Shown: positions 19,426 to 28,430 of the stretch, in pieces
Layout: each line of letters starts with the position of its first letter
Numbering within the stretch: the stretch's first letter is position 1
DNA from: an uncultured Bacteroidales bacterium
GTDB taxonomy: Bacteria > Bacteroidota > Bacteroidia > Bacteroidales > UBA10428
Assembly: GCA_963781805.1 (NCBI GenBank)
Contig: CAWAHF010000004.1
Span: forward strand, 2,311,688 to 2,375,687
DNA length: 64,000 bases
Direction of reading: 5' to 3'
Notes under the pieces: generated by a model
The model's database searches: none
The model's input: only the letters and a program-made list of their open reading frames with translations
What the model was told of the DNA's origin: nothing
Program-made: the position numbers and the translations under genes

Positions 19426-22400
19426 ATGGCAAAATCAAACAAATTTGGAGCATTCGGAGGTGTATTTACTCCTTCAATTCTCACCATTCTTGGTGTTATT
19501 ATGTACTTGCGTCTGCCAATGATTATAGGTGAAGCCGGATTGTATGCTACACTTGGGATAATTCTTGTAGCACATATTATATCTGTAACAACCGGATTGA
19601 GTGTTTCGTCAATTGCCACCGATAAAAAAGTACAGGCAGGCGGAACCTATTATATCATTTCAAGAAGCCTCGGATTACCCATAGGAGGTACGTTGGGCCT
19701 GGCTTTATTTGTAGGATTGTCGTTTAGTGTAAGCCTTTACCTGATAGGTTTCGCCGAAAGTTTTCTGAATTATTGGGGATTTGAGGTACCCCTGGACACC
19801 ATCAGGCTTGCCGGAAGCGCTATTCTGTTAATGGTCACGATTCTCACATTTATCAGCACTTCTTTGGCCTTGAAAACCCAGTATTTTATTATGGCCGCTA
19901 TTTTTCTTTCTTTGATTTCTATTTTTTTTGGGAAACATAATTTTGCACCATCAGGTGAAGTATTTTCAAGCGTCTCGTCTGCTCTTCCTTTAATGGTATT
20001 GTTTGGAATTTACTTCCCGGCTGTTACCGGGTTTGAAGCCGGAGTTTCCATGTCAGGCGATTTAAAAGATCCGAAAAGTTCCATTCCAAAAGGCACCATT
20101 TCAGCCATATTAATTGGACTGGTCGTCTATATAGGCTTAACATTTTTCTTATCAAAAACTGTCGATAGAAATGTCCTGGCAAACGATCCAAAGGTTTTGT
20201 TGAAAATAGCATGGATACCTCAACTTGTAATTGCAGGCATTTGGGGGGCAACTTTATCGTCGGCTCTTGGTAGTATTTTGGCTGCTCCGCGTATTTTACA
20301 GGCAACTGCCACTGATAAGATAACGCACAAATTTTTTTCAAAAGGTACAGGGGCAACTAATGAGCCACGAAACGCATTGTTGCTTACTTTCCTGATTGCC
20401 GAAGCTGGTATTCTGATTGGTGAACTTAATGTCATTGCCAGAATTGTATCTGTTTTCTTTATTACAACCTATGGATTTTTGAACCTGAGCTGTGCCATTG
20501 AAAGAATGACAAGCGCTGATTTCAGACCGGCTTTTAAAACTCCGGCATGGATAAGTCTGTTGGGTTCATTAGCCTGCATGATTGTTATGATACAGCTTGA
20601 TTTTATTGCCATGGTGGGAGCAACCCTTATCCTTGGCGCTGTTTATCTCTTTTTAAAGCGCAAAGAGCTCACCCTGCAAACAGGTGATGCATGGAGCAGC
20701 ATTTGGGCTTCGCTTGTTAAATCGGGGTTGAAGAAGCTTCGAACCCATACACTGCAATCGCGAAACTGGAGACCCAATATTATAATGTTTTCAGGTGAAG
20801 AGAAAATTCGCTCCTATATGATTGATCTGGGGAAAGATATTTCAGGCAGGCTGGGAATCCTTACAGGCTTCGAACTGGAAGAATCAGATGAAGAATTGTT
20901 GTTAAGAAAAAAGGATATTAAATTACCAGAATCAACCTCTTCAAGTTTTTTTATGAATCATTATACCTGCAAAGACATTTTTACAGGCATGGATGAGATA
21001 ATAAGAGTATATGGATTTAACGGAATAGATCCGAATACAATTCTTATGGGTTGGAGTACCAAAAAAAATAACAAACAGGCATTTATTCAACTTATTAAAA
21101 AACTTGAAAAGAACAACTTCAATTCAGTCTTTTTACATTATAATCCTGATAAAGGATTTGGAAATATGAAGACCATCGATGTATGGTGGAGTGGTTGGGG
21201 ACAAAATCTCACCTTTGCAATTAATTTAATCCGCCACCTTACGATGTCAGGTAACTGGAAGGATTCGGTGGTAAGACTGTTTATTGTCACTCATGATGTT
21301 ACCATCCTCGAAATAATCTACAAATCGGTGAGTAATATTCTTGAACAGTATAGGGTCGACATGGAAATCAAAGTTATAAATAACAGTATAAATAAATTTC
21401 AAAAAAATGATATTATTCAGAAGGAATCGGCCAATACTGACCTCACAATTATAGGTATTCCGGATAAAAAATACCAGGATATAGATAAAACCTATACAGA
21501 TGTTTGCGATCTTGTTTCAAACCTGGGTACAACACTGCTTATTAATGCTTCCAATACATTTGAAGAGTACGATTTGCTGCACGATGAAAAGACCACGCAA
21601 AAAAGTACTCCCTTAGAAGAAAATGAGTTGTCCTTGCCAACCCTCAAGTCTTCTGCATTCCTTCTCATCAATGAAGAAGTTCAGAAAATTGATCATACTG
21701 GCATTGAGATCTATAAATCATTCTATGAAAAAGCCATTGCTCCATTTTTCAGGGAAAATCTCGATGTAATTAATGAAGTGCAAAAACTTTATAATTTATC
21801 ATTCGCTGGTTTTAAAAAATTAGCCAAACTAAAAGACTCTTACCATAAACAAAAACAGTTATTCAATATTAGGAATGATATCCATTTTAAAACCAAAAAT
21901 CTTCTGGAAAACCTGGTGACAGAAAAACTTAAAATTCAGCAAGATTTGTTTACTTCAGGCATAGAATGGTATGTGAGTATGCTTGAGGATGAAATTGCCC
22001 GGTATCCCAAAAAATTGATTATTCCTTTTAACAAAGAAGATTTTAAAATTCAAAAATCAGATTCATTTGGTTTAAAATGGTTTAAAGTTAGAAAAAAGGT
22101 CATGCATCCTTTTTCAAAGACCACCATTAAAGAAAAAATCAGATATCGGGAAATTATACATTATTATTTCAGGGATAACAGGTTTCAATATGTTGACTCT
22201 TTTCTCAAGGATTTCAATCAAAGTAGTCTATTATTTATATCAGGAATTAAGGAGCTTCTCTTATCTATTGAAAATCAAATGGATTTGCTGTCCAAAAACA
22301 TATCTGATGAAGTTGATGAAAAGGACGCGGTTCATGAAATACTCAATATACTCCTGGAAAAAACGAATGAACTAAAGCAGGATATCGAAATAAATTCAAC

Positions 22401-24528
22401 ATTGTATCTTAATAGACTTCTGTCTGACTTTCGCAAGAATGAGCAACTTTTTAGTAACGACCTGGAAAAAATTAACTGTAACAGGTTGATATTAAGAAAA
22501 CGTAGAAAAAGTAAATATTACCGTTCGCTAAAGCTCAATTTATTTGATTTTTCAAAAGTCTGGTTTGAAAATACCTTTCATTATTCCAATAAGATATATC
22601 TCGATTTAGTTGTCTTATCCCTAAAAAACAGAATGACGGATGAAGCAACTGAATTTATTCTAAGATTAAAACAACAGGTTAATTCAGAACTTCTTAATAA
22701 AATCGGACAATTTTTATCAGAGATAAAAAAAATTCATGCAAAACCTGATGATTTCCACAAAATCAATCCTGAATTAAACATTGACAGCAGTTTTTTCAAA
22801 TTCGATGAGGATTTTCAAATTTTATCCGATGCAATAGATGAAATGACTGATGAATTGCCTGAAAACATTGATGTATCTGAAATACTCAATAATTCAAAAA
22901 AAATACAAAATGAAATTAGAACTACCATCGAAGTTCCTGTAAGACAAATGACTAAACATTTTATCAATTCAATTTTCCTTGGAGATGTTGAAGAATATCT
23001 TAAAAATTTGAATGAAACAATAAGGAAGATTGTATTTAAGACAAAAGACAACGTAAGTTACATGTATTTTGAACTTGAAAACCTTGAAGACGATACAGAG
23101 GATATAAAAAAGGAGATACAAAGGATACTGGATGAAACGAAGCAGGAAATTATCCCGGTAGAAAACAATGTGATTAATATGCATGATAAGATTGAAAATG
23201 ATATAATAAATTCTCTTAATAATGCCTTCGAACCACTGTCTTTTATTAAAATTTTAGATAGTAGTCGTGAACTTTCTCATTTCATTATGGAATATAAAGG
23301 TAAAAAAACACTCAACAGGGTTGAGTCATGGATAGATTCTATGAAGATTTCCTTGAGAAATAAAACCGTAAGACTTTTATATTCCAGAAGCGAAGGTGTT
23401 TTGTTTGCCAGGAAAATTACTGAACAGGAAGATCAGCATTCAATATCCGAGCAGATACTGGATTTTGTTACCAATTTAAGTCCGGATTCAACCATATATA
23501 ATCAGATACCGGTATACTATAAAAACCTGTTTAGCGGTCGATCAAGCATTAGCGAAGATTTTTGGATTGAACGGGCAGCAGAGGAAGAACAGTTTGATAA
23601 AGCTTATAATCACTATCTATCTGGCTATAAGGGAGGAATTATGGTACTGGGTGAAAGAAATTCAGGTAAAACTGCTTTTTGCAGACATATCACAAAGAAA
23701 TATCTCAATAGTAAAAAAGTATATCATATTTTCCCACCAATTTACGGATCTGTTAATCCTATAGATTTTGTTAAAATATTAAATGAAGTAACCGGTTTTG
23801 GCGGTAATGCATTGGAAGTTTTTGACAGACTATCAAATGATGTTGTAATGGTCATTCACGACCTTGAATTGTGGTGGGAGATGTCTGAGGCTGGTCTTGA
23901 AACCGTTCAATTGATACTGGACATCATAAAAAAATACAGTACAAAGTGTCTTTTTATTATCAATATGAACCAGTTTACTTATAAAAGAATCAATACAGTG
24001 TTTGCACTTGAAGATAATTTTGTTGGTATAATTTTTTGCAGACCTTTTGACTCTGAAGATTTGAAAGATCTCATCATGCGCAGACATAAATCAAGCGGGA
24101 TGAAAATCCATCTGGGTAAAATAACCGAAGAGCAATTATCAGAAATTCGAATGGCCGGACTTTTTAATAAATATTTTAATTTTTCCGGTGGTAATCCGGG
24201 ATTATCCTTATTTACATGGGTAGCACAAATTAAAAAAATATCCAATGAAAATTTTTATATCGAACCTCCGGAAGTGCCTAATATGAATATTTTTGAGAAT
24301 CTGAATGAAGACTGGAAGGTTGTTCTCACGCAACTTATCTATCATAAGAGAATGGATATAAACAAGCTGAAGAATGTTTTACAAATCGATGAAGCCGAAA
24401 TTGAAAAAATTATCACCTCATTATTAATGACAGGACTTATTAAGGAGAAGTCAAAAGGATTGTATACAATTAACAGATATGTGGACAGATTTCTTACAGA
24501 ATACTTTCATGAACATGAACTTATTTAA
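19426..24528 (+). CDS. Fusion protein: APC-superfamily cation-chloride-cotransporter-like permease, ~650-aa helical region, then P-loop NTPase with winged-helix tail
   Basis: Uninterrupted 1700-aa ORF. Residues 1 to ~455 carry 12 TM helices with SLC12-like motifs. An SLC12-type cytoplasmic domain begins at NWRPNIIMFSG. Walker A GERNSGKT is at 23650-23673 (aa 1409-1416). Walker B-like VVMVIHDLE has its Asp at 23860. The C-terminal wHTH-like stretch reads LQIDEAEIEKIITSLLMTGLIKE. Confidence 0.8.
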   Translation: MAKSNKFGAFGGVFTPSILTILGVIMYLRLPMIIGEAGLYATLGIILVAHIISVTTGLSVSSIATDKKVQAGGTYYIISRSLGLPIGGTLGLALFVGLSFSVSLYLIGFAESFLNYWGFEVPLDTIRLAGSAILLMVTILTFISTSLALKTQYFIMAAIFLSLISIFFGKHNFAPSGEVFSSVSSALPLMVLFGIYFPAVTGFEAGVSMSGDLKDPKSSIPKGTISAILIGLVVYIGLTFFLSKTVDRNVLANDPKVLLKIAWIPQLVIAGIWGATLSSALGSILAAPRILQATATDKITHKFFSKGTGATNEPRNALLLTFLIAEAGILIGELNVIARIVSVFFITTYGFLNLSCAIERMTSADFRPAFKTPAWISLLGSLACMIVMIQLDFIAMVGATLILGAVYLFLKRKELTLQTGDAWSSIWASLVKSGLKKLRTHTLQSRNWRPNIIMFSGEEKIRSYMIDLGKDISGRLGILTGFELEESDEELLLRKKDIKLPESTSSSFFMNHYTCKDIFTGMDEIIRVYGFNGIDPNTILMGWSTKKNNKQAFIQLIKKLEKNNFNSVFLHYNPDKGFGNMKTIDVWWSGWGQNLTFAINLIRHLTMSGNWKDSVVRLFIVTHDVTILEIIYKSVSNILEQYRVDMEIKVINNSINKFQKNDIIQKESANTDLTIIGIPDKKYQDIDKTYTDVCDLVSNLGTTLLINASNTFEEYDLLHDEKTTQKSTPLEENELSLPTLKSSAFLLINEEVQKIDHTGIEIYKSFYEKAIAPFFRENLDVINEVQKLYNLSFAGFKKLAKLKDSYHKQKQLFNIRNDIHFKTKNLLENLVTEKLKIQQDLFTSGIEWYVSMLEDEIARYPKKLIIPFNKEDFKIQKSDSFGLKWFKVRKKVMHPFSKTTIKEKIRYREIIHYYFRDNRFQYVDSFLKDFNQSSLLFISGIKELLLSIENQMDLLSKNISDEVDEKDAVHEILNILLEKTNELKQDIEINSTLYLNRLLSDFRKNEQLFSNDLEKINCNRLILRKRRKSKYYRSLKLNLFDFSKVWFENTFHYSNKIYLDLVVLSLKNRMTDEATEFILRLKQQVNSELLNKIGQFLSEIKKIHAKPDDFHKINPELNIDSSFFKFDEDFQILSDAIDEMTDELPENIDVSEILNNSKKIQNEIRTTIEVPVRQMTKHFINSIFLGDVEEYLKNLNETIRKIVFKTKDNVSYMYFELENLEDDTEDIKKEIQRILDETKQEIIPVENNVINMHDKIENDIINSLNNAFEPLSFIKILDSSRELSHFIMEYKGKKTLNRVESWIDSMKISLRNKTVRLLYSRSEGVLFARKITEQEDQHSISEQILDFVTNLSPDSTIYNQIPVYYKNLFSGRSSISEDFWIERAAEEEQFDKAYNHYLSGYKGGIMVLGERNSGKTAFCRHITKKYLNSKKVYHIFPPIYGSVNPIDFVKILNEVTGFGGNALEVFDRLSNDVVMVIHDLELWWEMSEAGLETVQLILDIIKKYSTKCLFIINMNQFTYKRINTVFALEDNFVGIIFCRPFDSEDLKDLIMRRHKSSGMKIHLGKITEEQLSEIRMAGLFNKYFNFSGGNPGLSLFTWVAQIKKISNENFYIEPPEVPNMNIFENLNEDWKVVLTQLIYHKRMDINKLKNVLQIDEAEIEKIITSLLMTGLIKEKSKGLYTINRYVDRFLTEYFHEHELI

Positions 24529-24540
24529 TTTTCTTAAGCA

Positions 24541-25236
24541 ATGAAAATAATATTTGTATTATTCATTATCTTATTGACGTTTATTGGAATGAGAATTATA
24601 CAGCTTATTGCAAGGCAATTAATAAAAAAATATGCTGTACTGAGAAAACTTTTAAACCTTATACCTCTGGTTGGATTGATAATATGGCTCATTATTCTGT
24701 TTTGGGCAGTAAATTATTTATTTCAGGATAAATCTTATTACCTGGTGATAATCGTAAGCATTATTGTAATCCTAAGCCTGACTATCGGTTGGTTTTTACT
24801 GAAAGATATTATTGCTGGAATTATTTTCAGAATTCAAAACAATTATTCGCAGGGTGAGTTTGTGCAGTTTGGAAAATTATCCGGCCGCTTGAACGAAATG
24901 CATTTAACGCATATTTCTATTCATACCAAAGACGGTAAAAGCATAAAAATTCCTTACTCAAGACTAAGCAATGAAATAATTTCTCTGAGATTAGAAACAA
25001 AATCATTTGAGAGTGACAGGTTTATAATAAATGTCAACAAAAAGTATCCTAAGAAAGAAACAGAAGATATTATTTTTGCTCTACTTAACAACTCTCCCTG
25101 GCGAGTTGGCAATGCTGTGCCTCAGGTAAAGTTTTTAAATGAGGATACAGATGGTTTTTCATTTGAAATACTGGTTCAGGTAAGAAATCAAAAACATCTT
25201 AACAACATTAAAGAAAGCCTGATAAAAAGATTCTAG
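24541..25236 (+). CDS. Small MscS-family mechanosensitive channel-like protein
   Basis: 231 aa with 3 TM helices, then KDIIAGIIFRIQNNYSQGEFVQFGKLSGRLNEMHLTHISIHTKDGKSIKIPYSRL (MscS beta-domain pattern). Starts 12 nt after the fusion gene stop. Confidence 0.7.
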   Translation: MKIIFVLFIILLTFIGMRIIQLIARQLIKKYAVLRKLLNLIPLVGLIIWLIILFWAVNYLFQDKSYYLVIIVSIIVILSLTIGWFLLKDIIAGIIFRIQNNYSQGEFVQFGKLSGRLNEMHLTHISIHTKDGKSIKIPYSRLSNEIISLRLETKSFESDRFIINVNKKYPKKETEDIIFALLNNSPWRVGNAVPQVKFLNEDTDGFSFEILVQVRNQKHLNNIKESLIKRF

Positions 25237-25384
25237 TGTCATGTCAATCGTATTATGTCATATAGTCACCCTGAACTTGATTCAGGGTCTTTGGAAGATT
25301 AAAAAGATTAGCTTCGCTGAGCCTTTTAGGGTTCCGAATCAAGTTCGGAATGACTTTACCACTTTATAATACTTGACATGACAC
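25237..25384. repeat. MITE-like 148-bp element with perfect 12-bp terminal inverted repeats
   Basis: TIRs gtgtcatgtcaa (25237-25248) and ttgacatgacac (25373-25384). Internal hairpins accctgaa/ttcagggt (25268-25288) and ttccgaa/ttcggaa (25332-25350). Begins immediately after the MscS-like stop codon. Confidence 0.6.
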
Positions 25385-26000
25385 TTGTAGTTTTTGCTTA
25401 CCTAAATGAAATTTAAAGTTTAAGTCCTCATCCTCCTTCTTGGTTTAAGTATACTCAACACTTGTCGGTGGTTCATGATTCACTTCGTTAAACCGTAACT
25501 TATACCAATAAATTAATTCAGGTCTGCGACCATTTTGATTCAAAATGAAGTTATAAACTTCATCTTAAAAAAAGGCTTAGGTCGCATGCTTAAAGCCAGA
25601 AAGGTATATATAGAAATTGTTCCCGGAATATTTACATTGTTTAACATGCGTATTTTTAATATCAGTCTATAGCTCCTACAGAGTTATATTGAATTTAACA
25701 TTTTATTCTACTATACTTTTGCCCCTTCGGAATACAGAAATAACCCAGGTTTTTCTTTCCCGAGAATTTGATATCGGGTGTTCAAAATTTGTGGATGAAA
25801 TCTTTTCCTCTATGAATCTCCGTCCAGAACTCAATGGCTCTCTGTGTTATAATTTTTTTAATTTCTATTTCCCACAGATTTACACTAAATCTTTCGATTG
25901 GTTTTACTGATAACATCCTTTATAGTTTGACATTAGTTTTTTTGCAGTAATTCTTCTCCAAACCGCAATCCTTTAATATCAGAAAAAAAACTTAACTAAA

Positions 26001-26028
26001 AGTAGGGTAAATAAAATCTCATGCGGTT
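26001..26028 (+). promoter_or_regulatory. Second copy of the ECF-type promoter motif
   Basis: AAAAGTAGGGTAAA-N12-CGGTT. The first 14 nt are identical to 15166-15179, and TCAT-N-CGGTT is also shared. Lies ~80 nt upstream of ATG 26109. Confidence 0.45.
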
Positions 26029-26108
26029 ATAAGATAAACAATAAGCAAAAAAGGTATTCTTCAATACAAAATATGCTTAAAATAAATGTCAAATTAAAAC
26101 TTATAAAA

Positions 26109-26750
26109 ATGAAAAAATTAGCAGCAAAAATTATCGGTAGTGCAGTTGCCTTCTTCCTGATAACAGGATTTGCATTTGCACAGGGATCTGAAAATGGTAC
26201 ACATTTGCAGACTCAGGACAAGGACCAGGTTAAAGATCAAATTCAACTAAAAGATCAAACTGCAGATCAGGACAAGGATCAGACCAGAGATCAGACTCAG
26301 TTAAAAGATCAGACCGGAACAAAGGATCAGGATCAGACCAGAGATCAAACTCAACTGAAGGATCAAACTGCAACCCAGGATCAGGTAAAAGAACAAACCC
26401 AGGCTGGTGAACAAACCGGCGAACAGGTTCAGAACCAGGCCAAGGAACAAGCTCAGGCAGGTGACCAAAATGCTTTGATGGAACAAAACAGGCTAAGGTT
26501 CAAAGAATCTCTGTCAGAAGAACAAAAACAACTTCTTGAAAACAAGGAAATGACAAGAAATCAGCGGAGAAATGCATTTATGGAATCACTTAGTGAACAG
26601 CAGAAAGAAATGCTGATGGAACAAAAACAGATACGCACTCAACAGAAAAACGAAGTTCGCCAGAGTGTTTCTGAAGAACAACGCCGCCAGTTAAAACAAA
26701 ATAAAGAAAATACCCAAACCAGAACTGGTAAACAGGGTGGAGGAAAATAA
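26109..26750 (+). CDS. Secreted Q/D/K-rich repeat protein with three LSxxQ/VSxxQ motifs (possibly Spy/CpxP-like)
   Basis: Signal peptide MKKLAAKIIGSAVAFFLITGFAFAQ. Tandem DQTRDQTQLKDQT(G/A)T repeats. C-terminal SLSEEQKQLL, SLSEQQKEML, SVSEEQRRQL. The ORF track start at 26073 is less likely. Confidence 0.6.
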   Translation: MKKLAAKIIGSAVAFFLITGFAFAQGSENGTHLQTQDKDQVKDQIQLKDQTADQDKDQTRDQTQLKDQTGTKDQDQTRDQTQLKDQTATQDQVKEQTQAGEQTGEQVQNQAKEQAQAGDQNALMEQNRLRFKESLSEEQKQLLENKEMTRNQRRNAFMESLSEQQKEMLMEQKQIRTQQKNEVRQSVSEEQRRQLKQNKENTQTRTGKQGGGK

Positions 26751-26783
26751 TTAAGTGCAATTCTTAACTGATGAAGTCAGGTT

Positions 26784-26806
26784 CGGAATACCGGCAGGTA
26801 TTTCCG
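26784..26806 (+). terminator. Intra-operon hairpin (possible partial terminator)
   Basis: cggaatacc / ggtatttccg stem with loop ggca, followed by a T-rich run. Confidence 0.4.
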
Positions 26807-26859
26807 GTCCTGCTTCTTTTAAAAAATAAATTCATTAGTTGTTGTTAAAATCAGGAAAA

Positions 26860-27732
26860 ATGAAAAGGGTTATTTTAATATTTCTGTCGGTAGCATGCTG
26901 GTTACCTTTATGGTCTCAGGCAGACAGGCTCGATTCGTTGCTTGAAGATGTATTGAGCAATGAAACGGAAATTTCAAGATTTTTAATTCCGACACCCAAA
27001 TTTCAGTTTTTGTATGCAGGAACCAATTTTGATAACAAAACCTTTTATGCCGGTCGTGAAATTGGTGATCAGGTGCATAATATGAGTGCTCAGGTGTTTT
27101 ACCTGAATTCCAACGGACTTTTTATGGGAGTATCCGGCTCATGGTATAGTCAACTGGAACCCAGTTATAAGAATACGGTATTATCTGCAGGTTACGGCAA
27201 AACCTTTAACAAGGTAAAAAGCCTTTCAGCAAGAGTATCCTATAGCCGGTATCTATATTATAAACCCGATCCGGAGTACGATTATGCCTACAACAATAAC
27301 CTGGGAACAGGACTCACTTTCAGAAAAAAATGGTTTGGAGCAAGGATGAATTTCAATTTCCTTTTTGGGCAGGATGTTGGTATGAATATGTCTGCCAACC
27401 TGTTTTCAAAGATTAAACTCATCAAGCTGAATAAATTTGATAATATCCAGATAGAGCCTGAGATATTATTTTTTGTTGCCTCTGAAGCCACGGAAACAGA
27501 TAACACAAGTTATATCAGCGGCAGATCATCAGATTCGTCATTAGGTACTATCAGTAATACCTATGGTATTTTAAATACACAATTCTATCTCCCTCTCTCC
27601 ATTTCATTTGGAAATTTCGATCTCGAACTGGGATATTCTGTTAATATTCCATCTACAAGGGAACAGAATATAAGTTATCCGGTAAGTTCCTTCTTCTCAG
27701 TTTCACTTGGATATATGATATCTTTAAAATAG
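26860..27732 (+). CDS. Hypothetical secreted / outer-membrane beta-barrel-like protein
   Basis: Signal peptide MKRVILIFLSVACWLPLWSQA, then alternating aromatic/polar beta-strand pattern. No recognised motif. Confidence 0.5.
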   Translation: MKRVILIFLSVACWLPLWSQADRLDSLLEDVLSNETEISRFLIPTPKFQFLYAGTNFDNKTFYAGREIGDQVHNMSAQVFYLNSNGLFMGVSGSWYSQLEPSYKNTVLSAGYGKTFNKVKSLSARVSYSRYLYYKPDPEYDYAYNNNLGTGLTFRKKWFGARMNFNFLFGQDVGMNMSANLFSKIKLIKLNKFDNIQIEPEILFFVASEATETDNTSYISGRSSDSSLGTISNTYGILNTQFYLPLSISFGNFDLELGYSVNIPSTREQNISYPVSSFFSVSLGYMISLK

Positions 27733-27872
27733 CCACTTTCATAAACTGAAAATCAAGTTTTTTAAAACATAATTGCGAATTCTGAATATACAGAATCCGC
27801 AATAGTGTTGTACAATTTAAATCGTCAATGAAGGCACTTCAAACCAAAGAAAGAATACTCCTCGTTTGTATT

Positions 27873-28079
27873 TTATTCTTTTTTCTTCCCTGTGTTGATA
27901 CCGAATGGCAAATAGATAGGACAAAAGCTTATTATACTGGTTAATATAAAAATACCTGCTATAACAAGCAGTACAATTGCCAATACACCTGATATTACAT
28001 GTGTAAAGAACAGAACCAGAATTAGAGCAGCAATCAGTATTCTGACTACCTTGTCAATAGAACCCATGTTTTTTTTCAT
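27873..28079 (-). CDS. DUF2892 (YgaP C-terminal-like) small membrane protein
   Basis: 68 aa: MGSIDKVVRILIAALIL...FCPIY, with two TM helices. Confidence 0.7.
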   Translation of the reverse strand: MKKNMGSIDKVVRILIAALILVLFFTHVISGVLAIVLLVIAGIFILTSIISFCPIYLPFGINTGKKKE

Positions 28080-28125
28080 ATTAGTATTTTTTCTGTTAAA
28101 TTAGTAAAAATTAAAATGTTATGTA

Positions 28126-28422
28126 TTATAATCCTGCTATAATCTTCATAATTTGAGGCTTGGTGTGAACCCCCGCCTGCTTGTATTTTATTTCACCATT
28201 CTTAAAAACCATTAGTGTTGGAACTCCCTGTATACTGAATCTGTTAGCAATTTCTGGATTTTGATCTACATCAATTTTAATGATTCTGACCTTCTTACCC
28301 ATTTCAGAAGCAATCTCCTTTAATATGGGAGACTGAACCTTGCAGGGTGCACACCAAAGAGCATGAAAATCAATCAACACCGGAAGGGAATCATTAATAA
28401 TATCTTTAAAATTGCCTTTCAT
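28126..28422 (-). CDS. Thioredoxin
   Basis: 98 aa with the active site WCAPCK. Confidence 0.9.
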   Translation of the reverse strand: MKGNFKDIINDSLPVLIDFHALWCAPCKVQSPILKEIASEMGKKVRIIKIDVDQNPEIANRFSIQGVPTLMVFKNGEIKYKQAGVHTKPQIMKIIAGL

Positions 28423-28430
28423 CCCTTATT

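Noticed and set aside
25617-25910. 97-aa + strand ORF in the gene-poor region
   Set aside because: It starts at a TTG in the ORF track and is hydrophobic and low-complexity. It has no motif and no ribosome-binding context, so it is probably non-coding.
26210-26390. Dense cluster of about 11 GATC sites
   Set aside because: It is explained by repeated Asp-Gln codon pairs (GAT CAG / GAT CAA) in the D/Q-rich repeat protein. There is no need to invoke a methylation or regulatory function.
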